NCBI GenBank assembly: GCA_012513605.1
Contig: JAAZBV010000128.1
Span: 605-64,604 of the forward strand
Direction of reading: 5' to 3'
DNA: 64,000 nucleotides
Source of the DNA: Desulfatiglans sp.
GTDB lineage: Bacteria; Desulfobacterota; DSM-4660; Desulfatiglandales; HGW-15
In this document: positions 1 to 8,192 of the stretch, piece after piece
Position numbering within the stretch: the stretch's first letter is position 1
Layout of the letters: the number at the start of each line of letters is the position of its first letter
Program-made: the position numbers and the translations under genes
Notes under the pieces: generated by a model
Told to the model about the DNA's origin: nothing
The model's input: only the letters and a program-made list of their open reading frames with translations
The model's database searches: none

Positions 1-44
1 TAACTTGATAGTTAAAGAATGATCTGTTAGTTAAGTTAGGCATT

Positions 45-173
45 ATGCCAAGACAATCCAGATTAGACGCAACTGGGGTATTACATCATGTAATGATAAG
101 GGTCATAGAACTAAAAAGAATATTCCAAGACGATGCAGACAGGGATAATCTTCTCGAAAGATTGATAACTTAG
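45..173 (+). pseudogene. Truncated N-terminal remnant (42 codons) of a REP-associated / IS200-like Y1 tyrosine transposase (RAYT type)
   Basis: ATG at 45 translates to MPRQSRLDATGVLHHVMIRVIELKRIFQDDADRDNLLERLIT, then TAG at 171-173. From memory this matches the conserved N-terminus (MPR..R.D..G.LHH...RG.ER..IF.DD.DR..F.ERL) of RAYT/IS200-like proteins, which are normally >200 aa. I saw no continuation in the other frames. Confidence 0.45.
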
Positions 174-274
174 AAACTTATGGACGTCATTACTCATTAT
201 ATGTTGCAGGGCGCAAGGATTAAAGCGTAAGGCAAAAGCAATGAACACCGAATGAAAAAACAATAAGAGAAGAA

Positions 275-434
275 GGGCACAGGCGCTGTGCCCCTACAGG
301 TGTAAAATAATTATGGTGCGGGGTGCAGGGGGAAAACCGGGCAGACAGCCGCCTTCGCCAAGGCTATGGCGGGCCATGCGTCAGGCCTGCCCCTACGAAA
401 GACAAATGGATTCCCGATCGAGTAGGGAATGACG
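275..434. repeat. Cluster of GC-rich palindromic intergenic repeats (CCCCTAC-type and GGGAATGAC-type hairpins)
   Basis: gggcacaggcgctgtgcccctacagg (275-300). A long imperfect hairpin gggcag...ctgcccctac (339-397). gattcccgatcgagtagggaatgacg (409-434). Related units recur at 2657-2730, 8107-8134, 15586-15612 and 28327-28404. Confidence 0.6.
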
Positions 435-541
435 GACTAAAATTGAACCGCAGAGTGTAAGTCAAAAAAATTGAGACTGTGGGACATAGATAAAAAGGTA
501 AAAAATTACTTGATTTACCTTTTTACCCACTCCATGTCCTG

Positions 542-1501
542 TTACCAGCCGCTCGGCGTATTGAATGGGGCCATGACCCCTACAGTATCAATCTGGTGTA
601 TCTCTCCTCCCCAGATTTTGTATATATGCATGGCTATCATGTCAAAGGGATCATATTTTCTTTCTACCTTATCCCTGCCAGGGTCATTAAGAAGCCTGTA
701 CTCCTTTTTATCCATCTTATGACGAAAATTGGAAAAGCCTATTGCAAGCCCGGTCTTTGTATCTGCTATTTCAACCCTCCTATCAACAATGTCACTTATA
801 TATTCAAAATTCTGTAGATTGATCTGGCTCCTGCATGTGACCATGCCCAAAAGACCAGCCGGCCGTGGCGCTGTACCGGGGATACCTACTCCGCCCAAAT
901 GCCCGCCTGTCGGTGCGGTTCGATATCCGTTTTCAATCCTGTCGCAGTCGTCTGCAAAGGGGGCGAGATTACCATTGTTCAGATCAACCGCATCATAATA
1001 TGATTTTGCAATATGGATAAGCCTACCGCGCGAATCCGCGTATTCATATGGTATTTCCATGGGGATGGCAGGCCTCACCTTTTTGAGTGTGTCAGGTATT
1101 TCAGTTCCGCGCAGTAACGAGACAAGGTGCTCTGCCTCAACAATTTTGCCATTGGAAAGTTTTAACCGGAATCCGACTTGTGCGGGTTTTCCTTCGGACT
1201 GCATTATAACCATACCTCCTACTTGTTGTGAAAAGGTATCGGGCACTATTATTTTGAATTCAGTGGGGCCCGCAGTTGCTGTTTTCCAGAGCCCTTCGCC
1301 GGGCTTAATCTGTTTTGCATTTTCCACTGTCCTCGCATCCCTGGCAAAGGACATATTTCCAGGTGTATGTGTCACCAGCGCTGAAAGGTAGTCATCTGCC
1401 ATCTTTATCAGGCACTCACGGTCACATTCAGCAGCAAAAATATTTGAAATATTGAAAGCAAACATTACAACTACTGCCAGTAAGAAAAAAAATCGTCTCA
1501 T
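542..1501 (-). CDS. Secreted protein of unknown function, paralog 1 of a three-member family in this window (two-lobed, possibly NTF2/SnoaL-like)
   Basis: 319-aa ORF. AAGGAG RBS upstream of the ATG. Hydrophobic N-terminal signal (MRRFFFLLAVVVMFAF..FAAE). Shares motifs with 1526-2455 and 42131-43162: G.GLW.TA, KL.NGKI.E.E, PF...C.R.ENG, YI..I.DRR, C-terminal PF...SGW. Confidence 0.75.
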   Translation of the reverse strand: MRRFFFLLAVVVMFAFNISNIFAAECDRECLIKMADDYLSALVTHTPGNMSFARDARTVENAKQIKPGEGLWKTATAGPTEFKIIVPDTFSQQVGGMVIMQSEGKPAQVGFRLKLSNGKIVEAEHLVSLLRGTEIPDTLKKVRPAIPMEIPYEYADSRGRLIHIAKSYYDAVDLNNGNLAPFADDCDRIENGYRTAPTGGHLGGVGIPGTAPRPAGLLGMVTCRSQINLQNFEYISDIVDRRVEIADTKTGLAIGFSNFRHKMDKKEYRLLNDPGRDKVERKYDPFDMIAMHIYKIWGGEIHQIDTVGVMAPFNTPSGW

Positions 1502-1525
1502 AAAATCTCCTTGTTTTAAAATATA

Positions 1526-2455
1526 TTACCAGCCGGAAGTGGCTCCAAAGGGCGCATTCACCATTACTGCTTCAATAGAGATGATCTGTCCATTAACAAT
1601 CTTAAACATCTCGGCCAGGAGCAGGGAACGGGGTTTATAAAATCGTGTTGGAAGTTCATCAAAAGGGGTCGGGAAAAATTCAAAGTCTTCTCTTTTACCG
1701 GGCATATCAAAAATAAACATTCCAAAGACCAGACCCCTTTCCTCATCAGCCATCAGAAAGCGGCGGTCTCTGATCTCCGTGATATAGGCGTAGTTCTTAT
1801 TATCAAACTGTTCCTTGCATCCGGTTGCGATTGTTGCCGGGTTATTGGTGGTCTGGGTGCCGTTTTCAAAGCGGTTACACTCCTTGTGAAAGGGTACTAT
1901 ATCGCCTGTGTTTTGTTCTATGCCTTCAAAATAGCTGTTAGCGATTTTTATCAATTTATCGCGGGGAGAACGCTCCGATTCGGAAAGCACCTTTGCATAT
2001 ATTTGCCTTGGCTCTTTGAGCGCTTCCGGGCTGGCGAATGAGGCCTCATCTTTTCTTGCCACGATAGTCTCAATCTCTGTTATTTTATCGTTTGCAACCT
2101 TTAACCGAACCATGAAATTGGCAAGGAGCATTGATTCTTTGACCACGCCAAACACCATAACCTGACCCACCGAAGGATCTGCCATGTATTGTTTATAGTT
2201 TATCTCCTTTGCCGTCTGAAAAAGCCCTTTACCGAGCTTAATGGGGTAACCGTTCTCTGTGATCTTAACATCCTTTGCAACCACCAGACTTTGAGGATTG
2301 TTTTTTACAAGCTGGCCAAGATAGTTATCCATCACCTTTATCAGCCCCTCTGAACCCATTTTACCGGTTGAGGCAGAGGTATTATTGCAGAGCACAAAAA
2401 GGCACAACAATGAAAAAGTGATAAAAATAAGTGCGTTGATAAAATATTTTTTCAT
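1526..2455 (-). CDS. Secreted protein of unknown function, paralog 2 (tandem to paralog 1)
   Basis: Start chosen at MKKYFINALIF (ATG 2455) because AAGGAG lies 7 nt upstream. Signal peptide present. Same conserved motifs (PFHKECNRFENG, YITEIRDRRF, APFGATSGW). Confidence 0.75.
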   Translation of the reverse strand: MKKYFINALIFITFSLLCLFVLCNNTSASTGKMGSEGLIKVMDNYLGQLVKNNPQSLVVAKDVKITENGYPIKLGKGLFQTAKEINYKQYMADPSVGQVMVFGVVKESMLLANFMVRLKVANDKITEIETIVARKDEASFASPEALKEPRQIYAKVLSESERSPRDKLIKIANSYFEGIEQNTGDIVPFHKECNRFENGTQTTNNPATIATGCKEQFDNKNYAYITEIRDRRFLMADEERGLVFGMFIFDMPGKREDFEFFPTPFDELPTRFYKPRSLLLAEMFKIVNGQIISIEAVMVNAPFGATSGW

Positions 2456-2656
2456 AAGATCTTCTCCTTTAATTAATATCAAAATCCACACCCTATCGGG
2501 GTGATAATGTCAAGAGGCAATGCCTGAACATTATGAACCTACAAAGCCTGATAAATACATTATTGCGTGCTATACCTACACGTCATGCCAGACTTGCCTG
2601 CCAGTCTGTAGCTTTTACGAAGGCTGGATCTGGCATCCAGTTGCTTTGAGAAAAAC

Positions 2657-2730
2657 CTGGATTCCCCGATCATGTCGGGGAATGACGATGGGGGTAGGCC
2701 ATCATTCCACGGCTTGACCGTGGAATCCAG
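2657..2730. repeat. Composite nested palindromic repeat (two hairpins bracketed by CTGGATTCC / GGAATCCAG)
   Basis: ctggattccccgatcatgtcggggaatgacga (2657-2688) and catcattccacggcttgaccgtggaatccag (2700-2730). The terminal 9-mers are reverse complements of each other. Confidence 0.55.
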
Positions 2731-2842
2731 CAAAAGAATCTCTAAAAATAACAAAACGTTGCTTACCCCTATATTACATAAAAGATAGCTGCGAAACTTT
2801 ATTTCATAAACTAGTACTGCAACCTAAACATGCCATAATTCA

Positions 2843-5245
2843 TCAGATTTCTACCTCCATACGCCTGATGATATCATCCTGAACCCCTTTGCCAAGATCA
2901 GTAAAATAGGCGCTGTAGCCTGCAACCCTTACAATCAGGTCCCTGTGATTTTCCGGGTGCTGCTGTGCGTCCAGCAGCTCTTCGTTTCCAACGACATTAA
3001 ACTGTACCCACTTGCCTCCCATATCGCCATAAGTTTTTATGAGAATGCCAAGTTTTGCAAGCCCTTCACTGCCTCCAATAAACGACGGGTGCAGCTTGAT
3101 GTTAAGAAGCGCAGACGCGCATGCTGCCTGGTTGATTTTTGCGGCACTCCTCAGCATGGCTGTTGGACCCTTTATGTCCATGCCCTGGGCCGGCGATACT
3201 GTTCCATCAGATAATGTTGTTCCGGCATACCTGCCGTCAGGGGTTGCCCCGATAATCGAGCCCCCTGCAAACATGGATGAAATCGAGGCTCCTCCGATTC
3301 CCCTCACCTTTGCGTTTGCGGGCCTGCCAAAGGAGCGGTAATTTGATTCCACATCGATCAGAAAATTATAGAGGTCTGCTGCAATCGAGTCTGCATAATC
3401 ATTGTCATTTCCATATTTGGGTGCATTCAGGCATAATCTCCTGATATCATCATTGCCTTCCCAGTTTGCATCCAGTGCCTGTTTTAGTTCTTTAAGGGCG
3501 ATCCTCTTTGTTTCAAATACAACCTGTTTGATAGCCGCAAGCGAATCCGCTGTATTGATAGCCCCAACCGGTATCATTACAGCCCTGAAATCATATGGGG
3601 GTATGGCGTCCCTGTTGGAGAGCGCCTTACCCATCCTGACACCATCATGCATAAGAATCGTCTCAACTATTTCAACAATATCGTTATAACCATAAACATC
3701 CCCTGATCTCCCGGACACAAGAAAGCTGTGTTCATGCCATATACCGATAAAATATTTCAGATAATCCTTAAACCCTGCGATGAATTCTTCAAAGGTTTTG
3801 CTGTCCTCAACATCCGGTTTATGCGGCCCCACTTCCAGCCCGGTTCTAGGGTCTGTTCCATTGTTCAGATAAATTTCAAGAACCTTTGGAACCACAAAGA
3901 ACAGGCCGGCTAAGAAACTCTGTTTGCCAGGGACAGCAGGGTCCACACAGCCGGCCAGGTGATAATCACGGGCCTCAATAAGTGGAATGCCGCCGGATGT
4001 CATGTAGTCAATAAAGGAACCATCCAGCGCAAGGGCTGGCATACCGATACCGGTCTTTACCACCTCCAGGGCCTTGAGCATCAGATCTTCCGGTGTGTTC
4101 TTATGCACCCTCAGGGTAATGGTGTGGTGAGGCGTCCTGACACGGGTTGCCGCCTCAAGGACGAGCCAGGTCAGTTCATTGCTGGCGTCTTTGCCATCAG
4201 CCGTGACACCGCCTATGGTCATGTTGCGCCATTTTGCAAACCCTGAGTGCTGGGAGCGTTTTGCTGCTGAAAGCTTTATATTTTCAGGTCGCATGCTCTT
4301 TACACGCAGTTCACACAGAAGGTCCAGCACCTCTTCATCAGTGATCTTTCCCTCATCCCTCTCTTTTTTATAAAAGGGGTACATATACTGGTCAAACCTA
4401 CCGAAATTATGTGTTGAGCTTGGTGTTGAGATGATCTGGTTGAACCATAAGGACTGCATGGCCTGATAAAAATTATCAGGGGAATTGGCAGGAACAATGC
4501 GGCAGGCTGAGGCAATACGTTCAAGATTTTTCCTGCACACAGCATCTGTTTCCTCCGCCGCCATTCGTATAGCCTCTTCAGCATATCTTTCAGCAAGCCG
4601 GATTATTGCCTTGAGCACGATCAATGAAGCGGTCAGGAATTGTTTTTTGTTAACAGCCTCCAGAGAAAAAAACCTGAGATTTTTAAGCTCTTCCTCGATC
4701 TCCTCTATTATAGGGTTAAGCCCTTTCATCCATCGCCCAAAGTCAGTATAACAATCAGTAAAGTTAAAGGAGAGGCAGAGGCCGCTCCCCGCATAGGCGC
4801 CCCTGAATTCATCCCTGTTTTTCATGGGCGGTAATGTAATACCGACCTTAAGATAGTTAAAGAACCTTTCGTCAAAGAGCTTTGACTGCGCATACTCGGA
4901 ACACCTGGTTGACCAGTACCTGCCCAAATCTCTCATAAGGGGCCAGTCCGCATCATCCATCGAGATAATCCCATCTTCTACTGCGACCCTGATTGCATCC
5001 TCTTTCCAAATGCCCAGGAACGGATCAATCTCTGCCCCCCACGGTTTACTGGCTCCTTCACCAACAAACAGTTCATCCCTGTAAATAATCAGCGGGATAT
5101 TTTCCAGTACATTTGCATGGGCCATGGCATATCTGATTATAGCGGGTTCTCCTTCAGTCTGTTTACAGGACTCTGTAATCAGCCGCGCCTTCTCAAAACA
5201 GAGGGGAAATTTTCCCCTGCGAATCTTAATTGCAGGATCTTTCAT
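2843..5245 (-). CDS. Glycyl-radical enzyme, PFL2/glycerol-dehydratase-like family (substrate unknown)
   Basis: About 800 aa. C-terminal glycyl-radical fingerprint RVAGYSAYF (codons 2909-2929; radical Gly at 2918-2920). Thiyl loop HLAGCVDPAVPG (Cys codon 3947-3949). Start moved to MKDPAIK (5245) to avoid overlapping the upstream gene, whose stop is at 5265. Confidence 0.9.
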   Translation of the reverse strand: MKDPAIKIRRGKFPLCFEKARLITESCKQTEGEPAIIRYAMAHANVLENIPLIIYRDELFVGEGASKPWGAEIDPFLGIWKEDAIRVAVEDGIISMDDADWPLMRDLGRYWSTRCSEYAQSKLFDERFFNYLKVGITLPPMKNRDEFRGAYAGSGLCLSFNFTDCYTDFGRWMKGLNPIIEEIEEELKNLRFFSLEAVNKKQFLTASLIVLKAIIRLAERYAEEAIRMAAEETDAVCRKNLERIASACRIVPANSPDNFYQAMQSLWFNQIISTPSSTHNFGRFDQYMYPFYKKERDEGKITDEEVLDLLCELRVKSMRPENIKLSAAKRSQHSGFAKWRNMTIGGVTADGKDASNELTWLVLEAATRVRTPHHTITLRVHKNTPEDLMLKALEVVKTGIGMPALALDGSFIDYMTSGGIPLIEARDYHLAGCVDPAVPGKQSFLAGLFFVVPKVLEIYLNNGTDPRTGLEVGPHKPDVEDSKTFEEFIAGFKDYLKYFIGIWHEHSFLVSGRSGDVYGYNDIVEIVETILMHDGVRMGKALSNRDAIPPYDFRAVMIPVGAINTADSLAAIKQVVFETKRIALKELKQALDANWEGNDDIRRLCLNAPKYGNDNDYADSIAADLYNFLIDVESNYRSFGRPANAKVRGIGGASISSMFAGGSIIGATPDGRYAGTTLSDGTVSPAQGMDIKGPTAMLRSAAKINQAACASALLNIKLHPSFIGGSEGLAKLGILIKTYGDMGGKWVQFNVVGNEELLDAQQHPENHRDLIVRVAGYSAYFTDLGKGVQDDIIRRMEVEI

Positions 5246-5264
5246 TTTTAAAACCTTTTTAAGT

Positions 5265-6974
5265 CTAGTACCTCTCATAAATCGGTACAAGGTTGCCGTA
5301 TTTTGCAACCAGTTTGTTCCAGTCTTTAGGTAATACTATCTTTTTTGTAACAAGGGCATTATTGAAAAATCCCGGCCCTACGCTCTTTAACAGGCCTATA
5401 AAGGAGCCCGGCCCGCCGGCTACCAGGATCATGAGGTTTTCAGTATCCATTTTAGCCGGATTTGTGACCTCTTCAAAACCGGAGATTACAACCGGTTTGC
5501 TGTGTTCTGCTATATAATCCTTGACCTTCTGCTTTGTATACCCTTCACCTGCCAAAACCTTTGCCCAGGATGGAATAAGAATAACGCTCGACATGCTGGT
5601 GGTACCCATGGTTACAAGGGTATTAAGAATCCCTTTTGCATCTGTGCCACCCGGGACTGTCTGAGTAAAGGAGTTGGGAAAGAAGACTGTTACAGTGTTG
5701 TCTTCTTTCGTAAAGCCGCGCTCAACACTCAAGGGCTCCCAGGGGCTATTCTCTTCATCCTCACCTATCACAAGGCTGTACTTGCCGGGGTTGCCTATGA
5801 CACCCATGTCCTCGATAGCCTTTCTTGCCCCGCCGATATTCTTTACGATCAGCCCCACAGCCCTGCCGATTGCGGAATTGGCGATATTGCCCGGGCTCAA
5901 CGATCCGGAACCGGAATTGACATGTATATCTCTTCTGATAGGGCCGTTTATGGTAAGGGATGGGGCCCATGAACCTGTGCTCACCTCAAATGTATCAAAC
6001 CTCGCCTTTGGATCTGAAAATGCCTCCACTGTTGCGATCAAAACAGGCATGTGGGTAGGGAGCGCACCTGCCATAACCGCGTTGATGGCTATCTTTTCGA
6101 TGGTGGCCTTTCCTTTTCGCGGTATGATCTTTCCCATAATATGATCGGGCGGAAGATCAGTCCCTTTGAGCATCTCTGCTACTGCCGCTTCAGTTGGCGG
6201 AATAATAGGCAGACCATCGCCCCACCCCTTGCGGTAAAAGAACTGGTTTATCTCCTGAAGTGTCCCCTTAAAAGCAACCCTTGGGCTCTTGCCTGTCTGC
6301 TGTTTCGGGGATTTCTCTTCGGCCGTAAGAGGTCTGACCAGGGCATCAACAGCATCCTTCATGGCGGCTGCTACACCCTCTTCAATATCAGCAATGATGG
6401 TAGATTCGCAGGGCACTGTTTCTCCTATAACCCTTATCCCGGGCATTCCCTTGCTTGAAGCGGCTGAATGGGCATCATTAACAAAACCTACATTAGCCAG
6501 TAACACGACCGGCTTATTAAAGTCCTCGACTGATATTCCGGTATAGACGAGGTACTTTGTGCAGGAGCCTCAGTCACCTACCAGGAGAATTGCTGCGTCA
6601 ATATCATTTACCCATGCAGTAAATTTCTCTTTATTTTTTGTCTCGATCTCATTCACATTCGGCTCTGTAGATTGAAAAATGGTTGTCTGGATATCGGGGT
6701 ACATCTCCTTCAGTCTCTTATCGACTGATTTTGCCATGGGCATGGCTGCACGTTTAGTGTTGACGTATAACCCGATCTTTTTTCCTTTTAGGCTATCGAG
6801 CCTGGGAGAGATTCCACGCATGGGGATCGGGTCTACATCTGCCCAGGGGCTTAATGCCTCATATTGAATTTGCTTTTCTGTACCGGAATTTCCTGCGTCT
6901 TGAGCCATGGATGACCCCTGAAAAGCGAAAACGGCCAGAAGCCCTGTAAAAAGTGCTGATAATAATCTGTTCAT
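5265..6974 (-). CDS. UGSC-motif selenoprotein: signal peptide, flavodoxin-like domain with a U-G-S-C redox motif, and a C-terminal domain of about 400 aa of unknown function. Requires readthrough of UGA at 6572-6570.
   Basis: ORFs 6570-7028 and 5265-6506 are in the same frame and are separated only by a TGA. Readthrough gives ...DAAILLVGD-U-GSCTKYLVYTGISVEDFNKPVVLLANVGF... The start MNRLLSALFTGLLAVFAFQGSSMAQD (6974) is preceded by AAGGAG. A stem-loop follows the UGA. Confidence 0.7.
6519..6558 (-). promoter_or_regulatory. Candidate bacterial SECIS stem-loop
   Basis: It begins 12 nt 3' of the UGA: AAAGUACCUCGUCUAUACCGGAAUAUCAGUCGAGGACUUU. Hand folding gives about 15 base pairs (AAAGU/ACUUU, CCUCG/CGAGG, CU/AG, AUA/UAU) with one bulged A, a U-U mismatch and an apical loop CCGGAA. 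Confidence 0.45.
6570..6572 (-). other. In-frame UGA, candidate selenocysteine codon
   Basis: The plus strand reads tca at 6570-6572. On the minus strand the context is gta ggt gac TGA ggc tcc tgc (V G D U G S C). Confidence 0.65.
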
Positions 6975-7053
6975 GTCAGTCTCCTTTTCTTTTAAATTTG
7001 TTTTTATTACATGGCTTATAAAAAGCATATATTGAACCTGCTTTTTACGCCTT

Positions 7054-8010
7054 TTAACTTTCTCTTATCACACCATCACGAATAATAAGCTTTGGATGCC
7101 TTTGTTTCTTATATAAAGGTATGCCGCTGCCTTCTTCCTCTGTTATCAGGCTCCTGAAGCGGCGCAGCTCCCCATACTCTTCCATTGGTTCAGCGAGTTT
7201 TTCAAAGATCGATGTCATTGTGTTCATCATATTATCCGCTATATCCCAGTTCACCTCCATGGCGCCTGTTGGGCAGAGCTGTTCACATAACCAGACCATG
7301 CAGGGGCCGCAGGTATTATAGTTTATTTTTGGTGAATCGGCCAGATCAATGCTTTTAGTGGGACAGTTATCCATGCATTTAGTGCATTTGGGATAAAGGC
7401 ATATATCCGCATTATGCACTGGCTTAAGTTTAACCATATCGGCCATTCCCTCTCCGCCGCCAAGGTCCATTACTGCCCCGTAGAGTTTATCGTATTCTTT
7501 CCTGTCAGGTAATTCCGGTATGAGGTGAGTATCTCCCTGTGCTATCCTCAGGCTGCGCTGAGTGATATCCTTTCCGAACTCCCTTGCCTCTTTCAGGTCG
7601 ATTTTATCAGGGTGTCCATCAGTATAATATGGTTTTGGCATGAGCGGTATGAAACCGCTGCCATACCAGTCATTCCAGCCGGTAACTGTGAGCCCCTTTC
7701 TCCTTAGCCCTTTTACCACCCTTTCTATGTAGCCCCCTGCGCATGTGCCGTGTGTGCAAAAGGTAAATCCATATTTGCCTGTCAGATCAGGCATGGCACT
7801 AATAAAATCTGTTACAGGAGCGGGCTCCTGAAAACTCTGCACAAAGGAGCCCAGACCAATCAAGTCATATTTTGATAATTTATTGATATCCACATCCTTC
7901 ATAGGTGCGATATCACATTCATTAAAGAGCTCTTTGATGCCGGAGTGTATTTTCTCAGCTATCTGTTTTGTGTTCCCTGTCCATGAGTGGTAGATTATTA
8001 TACTTCTCAT
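7054..8010 (-). CDS. Flavodoxin-domain / 2x[4Fe-4S] ferredoxin-domain fusion protein
   Basis: N-terminus MRSIIIYHSWTGNTKQIAEKI (flavodoxin-like FMN loop). C-terminal CLYPKCTKCMDNCP and CGPCMVWLCEQLCP cluster motifs. AAGGAG RBS before the ATG at 8010. Confidence 0.8.
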   Translation of the reverse strand: MRSIIIYHSWTGNTKQIAEKIHSGIKELFNECDIAPMKDVDINKLSKYDLIGLGSFVQSFQEPAPVTDFISAMPDLTGKYGFTFCTHGTCAGGYIERVVKGLRRKGLTVTGWNDWYGSGFIPLMPKPYYTDGHPDKIDLKEAREFGKDITQRSLRIAQGDTHLIPELPDRKEYDKLYGAVMDLGGGEGMADMVKLKPVHNADICLYPKCTKCMDNCPTKSIDLADSPKINYNTCGPCMVWLCEQLCPTGAMEVNWDIADNMMNTMTSIFEKLAEPMEEYGELRRFRSLITEEEGSGIPLYKKQRHPKLIIRDGVIRES

Positions 8011-8106
8011 ACAAATATTCTCCTTCTTAATTTTTAACGATACCAAATAGTAGCAGGGAAAATATAATATAGTTGCCCGAAATTATTGTAATCTGCTATC
8101 TTTCAC

Positions 8107-8192
8107 GGGCAGGCACGGGGGCCTGCCCCTACAGATTATAATTATTTCCCTGTACCCTGTGCCCTGAGCCCTGTACCTTGAGCCCTGTCTCA
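8107..8192. repeat. GC-rich repeat block (CCCCTAC-type hairpin plus CCCTGT/GCCCTGA short tandem units)
   Basis: gggcaggcacgggggcctgcccctacag (8107-8134), followed by ccctgtaccctgtgccctgagccctgtaccttgagccctg. It overlaps the 3' end of the MFS gene. Confidence 0.5.

Noticed and set aside
275-434. Considered whether the recurring palindromic repeats represent a CRISPR array
   Set aside because: The copies are dispersed singly or in pairs across many intergenic regions, belong to several unrelated families, and lack regular repeat-spacer periodicity. There are no cas genes in the window.
2520-2754. ORFs 2520-2717 and 2560-2754 between the GRE and paralog 2
   Set aside because: They span the nested palindromic repeat at 2657-2730, they overlap each other on opposite strands, and neither has an RBS.
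7054-8010. Considered whether the Fe-S protein next to the GRE cluster is the missing GRE-activating enzyme
   Set aside because: Its cysteines form two ferredoxin-type CxxCxxCxxxCP-like motifs at the C-terminus, after a flavodoxin domain. There is no N-terminal CxxxCxxC radical-SAM core and no SAM-binding motifs.
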